A stretch of DNA of 64,000 bases from Acidobacteriota bacterium (GTDB taxonomy: Bacteria > Acidobacteriota > Vicinamibacteria > Vicinamibacterales > UBA8438): NCBI GenBank assembly GCA_011523845.1, contig WTFV01000150.1:32521-96520 (forward strand). The letters are read 5' to 3'. Made by a program: the position numbers and the translations under genes. The first letter of the stretch is position 1. The number at the start of each line of letters is the position of its first letter. This document shows, piece by piece, positions 1-8,710 of the stretch. The notes under the pieces were generated by a model. It did no database searches, was not told the DNA's origin, and was given only the letters and a program-made list of their open reading frames with translations.

Positions 1-1317
1 CTTCTCGCGCCACGCGAGCGTGCCGCCCGTGACGCTCCGCACGTTGCGGTAGCCGAGCGACTTCAGGAACAGCAGCCCCGACAGCGACGCGTTTCCCCGC
101 TGGCAGACGCTGAGAATCGGTGCGTCGCGGTCTTCGGGCAGACCCGCGTGGTTCTCCGGAAGCTCGGCCAGCGGCCGGTTCACCGCGCCCGGCACGTGCG
201 CCTCCTCGAACTGCTTCCGCGGCCGCACGTCGATCACGAACGGCTTTCCGTTCCGAAGCTGCGCGTGGGCGGACTCGACGTCGATGGTCAGGTCCGGGTT
301 GCCCCGCACGTTCTCCACCATCGTGTCGAGCAACGGGTTGCGCGCCGGCGCGGCGGGCTTCGCTTCCTGCGCCGCGAGTCCCGGCAGATGCTTCACCACC
401 GACGAGGCGTACTTGAAGGCGTTGTCGGGGAAGATCACCACCACGACGTTGCCCGGCTCGTCCGGCACCAGCTTGAACGCGCCGGCCAGGGCCATGGCCG
501 AGCTGGGACCGGCGACGAGGCTCTCTTCGCGGTTGAGCCGCAGGCAGAGCTCGAACGCCTCCTGGTTGCTCACCTCGACCAGCCCGTCGTACTCGTCCGG
601 GAAGAACAGCTTCGTCTGCTGAAGCTGCCGCAGGCTGCGCACGCCCGGGATGTCGTGCCCCTCGCTCGGATGCACGCCGAGCACCTGCACTTCGTCCCCC
701 TGCTCCTTGAGAAACCGCCCCGTGCCGGTGATGGTGCCGCACGTGCCGAGACCGGCCACGAAGTGGGTCACCTTCCCCCGGGTCTGCCGCCAGATCTCCG
801 GCCCGGTCGTCTTGTAGTGCGCCTCGGGGTTCGCCTCGTTGACGTACTGGTTCAGCATGTGGAAATCGGGACGTTCCCCGATCTCCATCGCCGTGGCGAT
901 CGCGCCCTCCGGCGCCCCGGGGGCCGGGCACAGCGTGTCGGCCAGCTCCATCACGTCCGCCCCGAAGAACCGCAGCATGGTGCGCTTCTCCAGCGGGATC
1001 TCGCTCGACAGCGGCGTCGTCAGCGAGTAGCCCCTGGCGTTGGCGATCATCGCGAGCGCCATGCCGGTGTTGCCGGACGTCGGCTCCACCAGCTTCTGCT
1101 TCTCCCGCACCGTCTGGCGCGCTTCGCCGTCCGCGACCAGGTTGGCCGCGACGCGGTCCTTGACCGCCCCGAACGGGTTGTACCACTCCAGCTTGCCGTA
1201 GACCTGCGTGTGGCGGAACGGCGTCACGCGGTTCAGGCGGACCAGCGGCGTCGGGTTGTCGGCATCGGAGAGCAGACCGAGAATCGAGTCGTGGACGCGC
1301 AGCCCGTGGTCATCCAT
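1..1317 (-). CDS. Cysteine synthase-family PLP enzyme (CysK/CysM-like) fused to a C-terminal rhodanese domain; 3' end runs off the window
   Basis: Not in the ORF track (no stop inside the window). Manual minus-strand translation from the ATG at 1317-1315 gives MDDHGLRVHDSILGLLSDADNPTPLVRLN..., with PLP-lysine motif NPFGAVKDR, SGNTGMALA and GTCGTITG. The tail (VIDVRPRKQFEEAHVPGAVN...SVCQRGNASL...TGGTLAWREK) looks rhodanese-like with a Cys loop. Confidence 0.85.
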   Translation of the reverse strand, partial: MDDHGLRVHDSILGLLSDADNPTPLVRLNRVTPFRHTQVYGKLEWYNPFGAVKDRVAANLVADGEARQTVREKQKLVEPTSGNTGMALAMIANARGYSLTTPLSSEIPLEKRTMLRFFGADVMELADTLCPAPGAPEGAIATAMEIGERPDFHMLNQYVNEANPEAHYKTTGPEIWRQTRGKVTHFVAGLGTCGTITGTGRFLKEQGDEVQVLGVHPSEGHDIPGVRSLRQLQQTKLFFPDEYDGLVEVSNQEAFELCLRLNREESLVAGPSSAMALAGAFKLVPDEPGNVVVVIFPDNAFKYASSVVKHLPGLAAQEAKPAAPARNPLLDTMVENVRGNPDLTIDVESAHAQLRNGKPFVIDVRPRKQFEEAHVPGAVNRPLAELPENHAGLPEDRDAPILSVCQRGNASLSGLLFLKSLGYRNVRSVTGGTLAWREK

Positions 1318-1497
1318 AACCCTTTAGATCCTACCCGATCGCGGGCTCGCTACGGCGCTGCCGACCATGCGCTGCGACGGGATCGGACCGCGAGGCGGCC
1401 GCCGGGAAAGCCACCGAGAATCCGCTGTCGAGACTCGATTGTCACCACGCCCTTGATGGCCTACAGTGGATACATGATCCGACGATGACGCCGCTGC

Positions 1498-1539
1498 GGA
1501 GTCGAAAGACCATGCTCTGGAGTCGAAAGACCATGCTCG
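1498..1539. repeat. 21-bp tandem duplication (2 units, 20/21 identical)
   Basis: ggagtcgaaagaccatgctct / ggagtcgaaagaccatgctcg. It duplicates a GGAG-N10-ATG initiation region at the 5' end of the DUF1640-like pseudogene. Confidence 0.9.
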
Positions 1540-1777
1540 ATACCCTGGCCATCGTCCGCCAGTTGACCGACGCCGGCATCGACCGGGACATGCCGACGCC
1601 ATCGCCACCGCCGTCGCCCCGGCCGCCGAGCACGGAGACCATGTGACCAGCGCCGAGTTCCGTGCCGGACTCGCCGAGCTCGAGACTCGTCTGATCAAAC
1701 GGGTTCTCGGCATCGTGCTCGCCGTCGCTGCCCTTCAAACCGCGATCCTGGTCGCCGCGTTGCGGCTGCTCGGCTGA
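1533..1777 (+). pseudogene. Frameshifted paralogue of the small coiled-coil/TM protein at 12000-12239 (DUF1640-like)
   Basis: MLDTLAIVRQLTDAGIDR aligns with MFDSLTVVRQTDAGIDR of the paralogue. After GAC CGG GA (about 1587-1588) one nt is missing. The next frame continues HADAIATAV..EHGDHVTSAEFRAGLAELETRLIKRVLGIVLAVAALQTAILVAALRLLG* to the stop at 1775-1777. The original frame stops at 1644-1646. Confidence 0.7.
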
Positions 1778-1943
1778 ACCGCTGGGGACCCGAAACCTGA
1801 TTGCGCGGGGGTGCCGGAGGAGACCATCCGGAAGATCCTGGTCGACAACCCGAAGCGGTTCCTGGCGTTCGTGTCGGCGAACGAGTCGGGAGCGAGTTCG
1901 AGACGTCCGATGCGGGAGGCCCGCCGCCTCCGGAGGTGAAGAG

Positions 1944-3755
1944 ATGCCGATTCGATACCTGACGCTCGCGATCGCGGTTCTCGGCGGCGCGGTCCTGTCC
2001 TTCTCGCCCCTGCTGAGCGCACAGCAGGACGAAACGATCACCCGCGAGGTGCGTCCGTTCGTACCGGTCACCGACGAGATGCTGCGGGACCCCGACCCCG
2101 GCGACTGGTTGATGACCCATCGGACCTACGACTTCCAGGCCTACAGCCCACTGGACGAGATCGATCGCGACAACGTGCACACGCTGCAGGTGGCCTGGAT
2201 GCGGGCGATGGACGAAGGTCCGCAGCAGACCCAGCCGCTCGTCTACGACGGCGTGATGTACCTGGCGAACAACGACGACCACATCCAGGCGCTCGACGCG
2301 ACGACCGGCGACCTGCTCTGGGACTACCGGCGACAGTTGCCGGCGGACCTGCGCCAGTACGTCACCCTCGGGAATCGGACCCGGAACCTGGCGATCTACG
2401 GCAACCACATCTACCACCTGACCGCCGACGCGCACCTGCTGGCCCTCGACGCGCGCACCGGCGAGGTGGCCTTCGACACCGAAATGGCCGACTACCGCGC
2501 GGGGATCACCCACTCGACGGGCGCCATGATCATCGACGGCAGGGTGCTCGCCGGGAGGGCCTGCTTCCCCACCGAGATCCCGGCGCGCTGCTTCATCTCG
2601 GCCCACGATTCGGACACCGGAGAGGAACTCTGGCGGGTCTACACGGCGGCCGGCGCGGACGACCCCGGCGGGCAGACCTGGGGCAACGTGCCGACGTCGC
2701 AACGGATGCACGTGTCGGCGTGGGGCGCTCCGGGCAGCTACGATCCGGATCTGGGCCTCATCTACTGGGGCATCGCCGTCCCGATGCCCTATACCCGCAT
2801 CATGCGCCGCGGCGCCTGGGACGTCGGCGACAGCACTCCCTGCGAGCTGTACTCCAACTCGACGGTGGCTCTCGCCGTCGGCGACGGCGCCATGGAGTGG
2901 TACTACCAGCACCTCCCCTGCGACGACTGGGACCAGGACTTCGTGCAGGAGCGGACCCTCATCGACACGGTGGTCGACCCCGACCCCGAGGCGGTGATGT
3001 GGATCAACCCGCGCCTCGCCGGCACCGCCGAGCAGCGCCGGGTCGCCGTAACGATGGGCGAGCCGGGCGGCCTGTTCGTCCTCGATCGCGAGACCGGCGA
3101 GTTCCTGTGGGGACACCCGCTCCCCTACGAGAGCACCGAGCGGTTCGTCATCAGCAACATCGACCCGGCGACCGGACAGGTCTTCATCAACATGGACCTG
3201 GTGGCGCGGGAGGTCGGCGACCAGTTCATCATCTGCGGGCACAACGTCAAGGGCTGGTGGTCGTGGTCGTACAGCCCGCGGACCGGCATGCTCTACGTCC
3301 CGATCAACCGGTCCTGCCTGAACCAGACCGCCAACGACCGCACGGTCTCGGGGACCAGCCCGCGGTTCACGCAGCCCGAGCCGGGCTTCGAGGAGGACGG
3401 CCACCTGACCGAGGTGCGGGCGGTGGACATCTCGACCGGCCGCGAGGCGTGGCGCTATACGCAGCGGGCGCCGAACGCCGGGTCGACGCTCGCCACCGCG
3501 GGCAACGTGGTCTTCCACGGGGACCTCAACCGCCGTTACCGCGCCTTCGACGCCGAGACCGGCGAGGTGTTGTGGGAAACAATCCTGGGCAGCCAGATCA
3601 CCGGCTTCCCGGTCACCTACGAGGCAGGCGGCCGGCAGTACCTGACCGTGCCGGTGGGCGGTGCGGCCATTTTTCGAATGAGCAACTACGCGCCGGAGCT
3701 GGAGGCGCCGATGGGCAGCAACATGCTCGTCACGTTCACGCTGCCGCCGTCCTGA
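1944..3755 (+). CDS. PQQ-dependent dehydrogenase (quinoprotein alcohol/methanol dehydrogenase family), secreted
   Basis: 603-aa ORF with signal-like N-terminus (LAIAVLGGAVLSFSPLLSAQQ). Family-typical stretch: DPGDWLMTHRTYDFQAYSPLDEI...VAWMRAM...QTQPLVYDGVMYL...IQALDATTGDLLWDY. Repeated beta-propeller W motifs. Confidence 0.85.
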   Translation: MPIRYLTLAIAVLGGAVLSFSPLLSAQQDETITREVRPFVPVTDEMLRDPDPGDWLMTHRTYDFQAYSPLDEIDRDNVHTLQVAWMRAMDEGPQQTQPLVYDGVMYLANNDDHIQALDATTGDLLWDYRRQLPADLRQYVTLGNRTRNLAIYGNHIYHLTADAHLLALDARTGEVAFDTEMADYRAGITHSTGAMIIDGRVLAGRACFPTEIPARCFISAHDSDTGEELWRVYTAAGADDPGGQTWGNVPTSQRMHVSAWGAPGSYDPDLGLIYWGIAVPMPYTRIMRRGAWDVGDSTPCELYSNSTVALAVGDGAMEWYYQHLPCDDWDQDFVQERTLIDTVVDPDPEAVMWINPRLAGTAEQRRVAVTMGEPGGLFVLDRETGEFLWGHPLPYESTERFVISNIDPATGQVFINMDLVAREVGDQFIICGHNVKGWWSWSYSPRTGMLYVPINRSCLNQTANDRTVSGTSPRFTQPEPGFEEDGHLTEVRAVDISTGREAWRYTQRAPNAGSTLATAGNVVFHGDLNRRYRAFDAETGEVLWETILGSQITGFPVTYEAGGRQYLTVPVGGAAIFRMSNYAPELEAPMGSNMLVTFTLPPS

Positions 3756-3758
3756 GTA

Positions 3759-3830
3759 TGGAGCGCGCCCGGCCGGGAAAAGGAGCGCCGCGCCCGGCCG
3801 GGAAATGGAGCGCCGCGCCGGGTTCGGAAA
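3759..3830. repeat. About 24-bp tandem repeat x3 containing the CCCGGCCGGG palindrome
   Basis: tggagcgcgcccggccgggaaa / aggagcgccgcgcccggccgggaaa / tggagcgccgcgccgggttcggaaa, in the convergent intergenic space after the PQQ dehydrogenase stop. Confidence 0.8.
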
Positions 3831-3941
3831 CGAGAGAACGGAATCGGATCCGATCCGGCTGCGTACCGGCGGAACGGGCGATCGGCATGGCCGGTCGACG
3901 CTATCGCGTCCGGCCGTGCCCGTTGCGTGCCGGCGGGATGC

Positions 3942-4193
3942 TCAATCGGCAGTGGCCGCGTGACACCCGAGCGCGACCAGCTCTTCGTAGCCCATGCTGT
4001 CGAGGTACTCGCGAACCCGCTGCACGGCCCCCGCCGGCGAGGAGGCCGCGAGGGACGCCGTCACCGGCGGGGTGTCGTCGTCGAGCACCAGGAAGGCTTG
4101 AGCCTCGAACGACTCGTCCGCGGCGGCCGTGGGCTGGGCGCAGCAAGCGATCTCGATCCGGTGCGGTCCGGACCGGTAGCGTAGCAGGTTCAT
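3942..4193 (-). CDS. Hypothetical small protein (83 aa)
   Basis: Internal ATG (MNLLRYRSGPHRIEIACCAQP...) of the 3942..4337 ORF, preceded by GGGAGGGAACGG (SD-like). The upstream part of the ORF is Arg-rich off-frame-like sequence. Confidence 0.5.
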   Translation of the reverse strand: MNLLRYRSGPHRIEIACCAQPTAAADESFEAQAFLVLDDDTPPVTASLAASSPAGAVQRVREYLDSMGYEELVALGCHAATAD

Positions 4194-4360
4194 CCGTTCC
4201 CTCCCGATGAACGGCCGCCGACGTCTCCGGCGGTGGCCGCGTGTCTCTTCGTCTTCCGTTATCGGGCGGAGCCCCCCGTGCCGACAGCCCCCGATCGCAG
4301 GTCCGAAGCGCGTTGTACGATGGGTGTCAATCGGCAACGAGGATTCGCGAGGTTTCCCCC

Positions 4361-5518
4361 ATGAGAGTGCCGCCGTTCGCGCTGGAGCGGTTCCAGTCCC
4401 TTCACGAGCACCAGGTCGAGATCAACCTGTCCGAGAGCGGCGTCGAGCCGCTCGACATCGGCGAGCTGCTGGACGCGAACGGCAGGGACACGCTGCTTTC
4501 CGAGCGGCTCGGCTACCCCCAGACCAACGGGACCCCGGCGCTGCGCGCCGCAATCGCCGCGACCCTGCCCGGCGCCGCCCGCGACGAGGTGCTCGTCACC
4601 AACGGCGGAGCGGAGGCGAACTTCGTCGCCTGCTGGCGCCTGATCGAGCCGGGCGACGAGGTGGTCGTGATGCAACCGAACTACGGGCAGGTGCGCGGCC
4701 TGGCCGAAGGGTTCGGCGCCATCGTCCGGCCCTGGCCCCTGCGCGAGGAGCGGTCCGGCGCCCGCCCGCGCTGGGCTCCCGACCTCGACGAACTGCGCGA
4801 GCTGGTAACGGATCGCACGAAGCTCGTCGCCGTCTGCAACCCCAACAACCCGACGGGCGCGCGGTTGACGGAGGCGGAGGTGGCGGCGGTCTGCGAGGTC
4901 GCGGGCCGACACGGGGCGTGGGTGCTGTCCGACGAGATCTATCGCGGCGTCGAGCGCGACGGCGTGGAGACGCCCACGGCATGGGGGCGGACCGAACGGG
5001 TGATCGTCACCGGGGGGTTGTCGAAGGCCTACGGGCTGCCGGGGCTGCGGATCGGTTGGGCGGTCACCGCGCGGCCGATGGCCGCCGACCTCTGGAGCCG
5101 GCGGGATTACACGACGATTGCGCCGGGCGCGTTGAGCGATCGGCTGGCCCGCCACGCGCTGGCCCCGGAACGTCGCGCGCTGCTGCTGGCGCGCGCCCGG
5201 CGGCAGATCGCCGGGAACTGCCGCCTGGTCAGCGATTGGGTCGAGGGACACGCGGCCGGCCTGACCTGGGTGCCGCCCGAAGCCGGGGCCATGGCGTTCG
5301 TCCGTTACGGCAACGCCGTCGGCTCGACCGTGCTCGCGGATCGGCTCCGCGAGACCGAGGGTGTGCTGATCGTCCCCGGCGACCACTTCGGCATGGACGG
5401 CTACCTGCGGATCGGGTTCGGCGGACGCGCCGAATCCCTGCGCGCGGGGCTCGCCCGTCTCGACCGGGTGCTGCCCGTCGCGCCGGAACCGGCGGTGCGG
5501 TCCCCGGCGGGAGCCTGA
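4361..5518 (+). CDS. Class I/II PLP-dependent aminotransferase
   Basis: From MRVPPFALERFQSLHEHQVEINLSESGVEPL. Contains VCNPNNPTGA and GGLSKAYGLPGLRIGW (PLP-Lys context). The upstream 40 codons of the track ORF look non-coding. Confidence 0.85.
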   Translation: MRVPPFALERFQSLHEHQVEINLSESGVEPLDIGELLDANGRDTLLSERLGYPQTNGTPALRAAIAATLPGAARDEVLVTNGGAEANFVACWRLIEPGDEVVVMQPNYGQVRGLAEGFGAIVRPWPLREERSGARPRWAPDLDELRELVTDRTKLVAVCNPNNPTGARLTEAEVAAVCEVAGRHGAWVLSDEIYRGVERDGVETPTAWGRTERVIVTGGLSKAYGLPGLRIGWAVTARPMAADLWSRRDYTTIAPGALSDRLARHALAPERRALLLARARRQIAGNCRLVSDWVEGHAAGLTWVPPEAGAMAFVRYGNAVGSTVLADRLRETEGVLIVPGDHFGMDGYLRIGFGGRAESLRAGLARLDRVLPVAPEPAVRSPAGA

Positions 5519-5646
5519 TCGCAGAAGGTAGAATCAGGCGCACTGACGCGCATCCGCCCGCCCGCCGAAGCGAGGCACCCCCCGCGGCATGGGGACGCGC
5601 GCGCCGCGAGCGCGCCCGCGCAGCCGCTCCGACCAGGAACCCGACG

Positions 5647-6858
5647 ATGACCGATACCCAGACGACCGCTGCGCCCCGCGCCCTCGACGGCCTGACCGTG
5701 CTGGACCTGACCCGCGTGCTCTCCGGTCCCTATTGCGCGATGATGCTCGCCGACATGGGCGCCCGCGTCATCAAGGTGGAACAGCCCGGCAAGGGCGACG
5801 ACACCCGCGGCTGGGGCCCGCCGTTCCAGGACGGCGAGAGCGCCTACTTCATGAGCATCAACCGCAACAAGGAGAGCATCACCGTCAACCTGAAGCACCC
5901 GGACGGGCGGCGGGTGCTGGATGCGCTGATCGAGCGCGCGGACGTCCTGGTCGAGAACTTCCGGCCCGGCACGCTGGAGCGGATGGGGCTCGGCTACGCG
6001 GACCTGGCGAAGCGGCGTCCCGACCTCGTCTACTGCTCGATCTCCGGATTCGGCCAGACCGGCCCGCGGCGGCGGGAGCCTGGCTACGACGCGGTGATGC
6101 AGGGCGAAGGCGGCCTGATGAGCATCACCGGCGCGCCCGACGGCCCCGGATACAGGCTGGGAGTGGCCATCGCGGACATCGCCTCCGGGATGTTCGCCGC
6201 CTACGGCGTCGCCGTCGCCCTCCTGGCCCGGCACCGTACCGGGCGGGGTCAGCTCGTCGACGTCGGCATGCTGGACTCGGTGGCGGCGTTGCTCACCTAC
6301 CAGGCGGGCATCTACTTCGCCACCGGCACGCCGCCCGGCCGGCTCGGCAACCTGCACCCGACCATCACGCCCTACGAAACGCTGGAGGCGGCCGACGGCG
6401 ACCTCGTGGTCGCGGTCGGCAACGACCAGCTCTGGCGGACGTTCTGCGGCGTGCTCGGACTGGAGGCGCTGGCCGACGACCCCCGTTTCCGGACGAACAA
6501 GGACCGGGTCGGCTCGCGCGAGGCGTTGCACGCCCTGCTCGTCGAGCGGCTGCGCACGCGGCACGCCGCGGAGTGGCTGGCCGATCTGCGGGCGGCCGGG
6601 GTGCCGTGCGGCGGCGTACGCGATTTCGAGCAGGTCCTGACCGATCCGCAGATCGTCGAGCGGGCGATGGTCATCGCGCTCCGGCATCCGGTGGCCGGGG
6701 CGATTCGACAGCTCGGGGTTCCGATCAAGCTGGGGGAGACGCCGGGCGCCGTGCGCACGCCGCCTCCGGTGCTCGGAGAGCACACCGGCGCCATTCTCGG
6801 CGAGCTCGGCTACCCCGAGGCGGAGATTGCGCGGCTGAGAACCGAGGGCGCGGTCTGA
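5647..6858 (+). CDS. Family III CoA-transferase (CaiB/BaiF-like)
   Basis: Real start MTDTQTTAAPRALDGLTVLDLTRVLSGPYCAMMLADMGARVIKVEQPGKGDDTRGWGPPF inside the 883-aa composite ORF. This is a typical family III N-terminus. Confidence 0.85.
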   Translation: MTDTQTTAAPRALDGLTVLDLTRVLSGPYCAMMLADMGARVIKVEQPGKGDDTRGWGPPFQDGESAYFMSINRNKESITVNLKHPDGRRVLDALIERADVLVENFRPGTLERMGLGYADLAKRRPDLVYCSISGFGQTGPRRREPGYDAVMQGEGGLMSITGAPDGPGYRLGVAIADIASGMFAAYGVAVALLARHRTGRGQLVDVGMLDSVAALLTYQAGIYFATGTPPGRLGNLHPTITPYETLEAADGDLVVAVGNDQLWRTFCGVLGLEALADDPRFRTNKDRVGSREALHALLVERLRTRHAAEWLADLRAAGVPCGGVRDFEQVLTDPQIVERAMVIALRHPVAGAIRQLGVPIKLGETPGAVRTPPPVLGEHTGAILGELGYPEAEIARLRTEGAV

Positions 6859-6859
6859 T

Positions 6860-7288
6860 CTACCGCTCCACCATGGGCGCCAGCGCCGACAGCACGAAAT
6901 CCAGCAGCACCTCCGGGGTCAGGTCGCCGAGGGCTGGATGCTCGGCGACGACGCGCTCGTCGCTCAACAGGCGCCGGCCCCGCGCGTAGGCTGTCCTGCC
7001 CATCAGCGCGGGTGGATCCCGGGTCGTGTCGAGCGCGATCTCGATGACGTCCTCGCTGGCGCCCCCCGGCGACAGGCGCACCGCTCCCGCGGGGGTCTCG
7101 ACCGCGAAGCGATAGCCCTCGGCCTTCAGCGCCGAGGCCACGGTTCTGAAGAGCGGCACGGCCACGACGCGGAGGACTCGGCTCCAGTCCTCCTCGGCCT
7201 CGGCCGCCGCGCGGCGTCTCGACCGCGCGCGCTCCCGCGCCACGTCGACGGTGCGACGCACCCGGCGGCGCACGTCACCGGTGTCCAT
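6860..7288 (-). CDS. Hypothetical protein (142 aa)
   Basis: C-terminal part of the 6860..7705 ORF from MDTGDVRRRVRR..; balanced composition after residue about 35. Lies directly downstream of 7297..7725. Confidence 0.5.
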   Translation of the reverse strand: MDTGDVRRRVRRTVDVARERARSRRRAAAEAEEDWSRVLRVVAVPLFRTVASALKAEGYRFAVETPAGAVRLSPGGASEDVIEIALDTTRDPPALMGRTAYARGRRLLSDERVVAEHPALGDLTPEVLLDFVLSALAPMVER

Positions 7289-7296
7289 GTCGTCCG

Positions 7297-7725
7297 TCAA
7301 GGCCGCGGCGCGGCGCCTGCCTCGTATATCCGCACCAGCTCGATCAGCTTGTAGCCGCGCGTCTGGTAGGGCGGGATCACGCGCTGGGTGTGCAGGTACT
7401 GGATCATCCCTTCGTCCGCATAGTCCGGCTCGCCCAGCTCCGGCTCTTCCGCCAGGGCGGTCTCGAGCGCCTCCAGCGTCATCATCTTCTCGGGAACGGT
7501 TCGACGGATCGGAATGACGCCCCACAGGCGGCCGCGCTCCTGCCGTTCGCGCGTGCGGAAACGCAGGTATATCTCGTTGCTGATGAAGTTGTAGTCGACC
7601 TCCGCACGGCTCGCCTCCGCGTCCTCGACCCGCACGAACAGGATCTCGTCCCGCTCGGCGAGCCATGCGAGCAACTGCTCCGTGAAGTCGCCTTCGCCCG
7701 ACCATCGCTCCCGATCGATGTCCAT
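7297..7725 (-). CDS. Hypothetical protein (142 aa)
   Basis: ORF with non-biased composition (MDIDRERWSGEGDFTEQLLAWLAERDEILFVRVEDAE...). Lies 17 nt downstream of the DtxR-family gene. Confidence 0.65.
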   Translation of the reverse strand: MDIDRERWSGEGDFTEQLLAWLAERDEILFVRVEDAEASRAEVDYNFISNEIYLRFRTRERQERGRLWGVIPIRRTVPEKMMTLEALETALAEEPELGEPDYADEGMIQYLHTQRVIPPYQTRGYKLIELVRIYEAGAAPRP

Positions 7726-7741
7726 CGTCTCGCCGTCGCGC

Positions 7742-8419
7742 TCAGCTTCCCGGCGCCACCAGCAGCTTCGCCGCGGCCCGCATCCCGATCATGACCGGCC
7801 GGTCGGGCGCGATGCACACCTCCACGTGGTCGGCCGCCTCGTCGCGCGCCGCGACCCGGATCGACTGTCCGGGAGTCAGGTCGTGGCGCTCGAGGAACCG
7901 CAGGAACGCCGCGTCCTGGTCGGTGACCCGGGTCAGGACGACCGGCGTGTCCAGCGGACAGGTCAGCAGGCTCTGGTAGCGGGGCCTGGCGATGGCCCCG
8001 TCCGGGTCCGGAATCGGATCCCCGTGCGGGTCGACCGCCGGCCGGCCGAGCATGGCGTCGATGCGGTCGATGAGGCGATCCGACGCGGCATGTTCCAGCC
8101 GCTCGGCCTCGTCGTGCACTTCCGCCCAGCTCATGTCCAGCACCTTCACCAGAAACAGCTCGATCAGCCGGTGGCGCCGGAGCACCAGCGCGGCCAGCTT
8201 CCGCCCCGCCGGCGTCAGCCGCACGCCCGCGTACGGCTCGTAGCGCACCAGCCCGGAATCGGCCAGCGCCTTGACCATGGTGGTAGCGGTACCGGGCACG
8301 ACGTGCAGGGCGCTCGCGAGCCGCCCCATCGGCACCAGGGCGCCGTCTTCCCGGCCGTGCGCCATCTCGGCCTGATAGATGGCCTTCAGGTAGTTCTCGA
8401 CCGTGCTGGACGGCGGCAT
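7742..8419 (-). CDS. DtxR/IdeR/MntR-family metal-dependent transcriptional regulator with C-terminal FeoA/SH3-like domain
   Basis: NYLKAIYQ..., wHTH (LASALHVVPGTATTMVKALADSGLV), dimerisation/metal region (RRHRLIELFL...WAEVHDEAERLEH), and DPHGDPIP. Confidence 0.9.
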   Translation of the reverse strand: MPPSSTVENYLKAIYQAEMAHGREDGALVPMGRLASALHVVPGTATTMVKALADSGLVRYEPYAGVRLTPAGRKLAALVLRRHRLIELFLVKVLDMSWAEVHDEAERLEHAASDRLIDRIDAMLGRPAVDPHGDPIPDPDGAIARPRYQSLLTCPLDTPVVLTRVTDQDAAFLRFLERHDLTPGQSIRVAARDEAADHVEVCIAPDRPVMIGMRAAAKLLVAPGS

Positions 8420-8653
8420 CGACGGCAGAAGCGTACCACGGCGGCGGCCGGGCGGACGGCGGGAACCTGCGTCCCCTGCACGACCGCGGCCGACAAGCCG
8501 CCGTTATCGCCAACGAGCCCCGCGCGCTGTTCTTCCGCGCCTCTTCCGCGCCGCAACCCGGCTGCGCAACGGCGGCCGACGAGCGCCCCAAAAACGCCTC
8601 GCAGGCTCGGCGTTTCGGCCCATCCCGTCCTCACCCTGACCTTGCGTCTCAGA

Positions 8654-8688
8654 ACTTCGCTTCGCTGCGTTCTGCGGCGCAGGCTCCT
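8654..8688. repeat. REP-like intergenic element, copy 1 (reverse orientation)
   Basis: The reverse complement AGGAGCCTGCGCCGCAGAACGCAGCGAAGCGAAGT matches 60596-60630 almost exactly. It shares the core AGGAGTCTGCGCCG with the 40.8-kb and 42.5-kb copies. Confidence 0.75.
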
Positions 8689-8710
8689 GGCCGCCGGAAT
8701 CGCCGCACGG

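Noticed and set aside
148-1488. 446-aa plus-strand ORF at the window start
   Set aside because: It is antisense to the CysK-like/rhodanese gene, whose motifs (SGNTGMALA, the PLP lysine, the rhodanese loop) are unambiguous on the minus strand.
1695-3518. 607-aa minus-strand ORF
   Set aside because: It is antisense to the PQQ dehydrogenase and has Arg/Gly/Pro-rich shadow-frame composition.
3759-3830. Rho-independent terminators formed by the CCCGGCCGGG palindromes
   Set aside because: The stems are only 5 bp. On the plus strand they are followed by an A-run, not a U-run, and on the minus strand the T-run precedes the stem. It was kept only as a tandem repeat.
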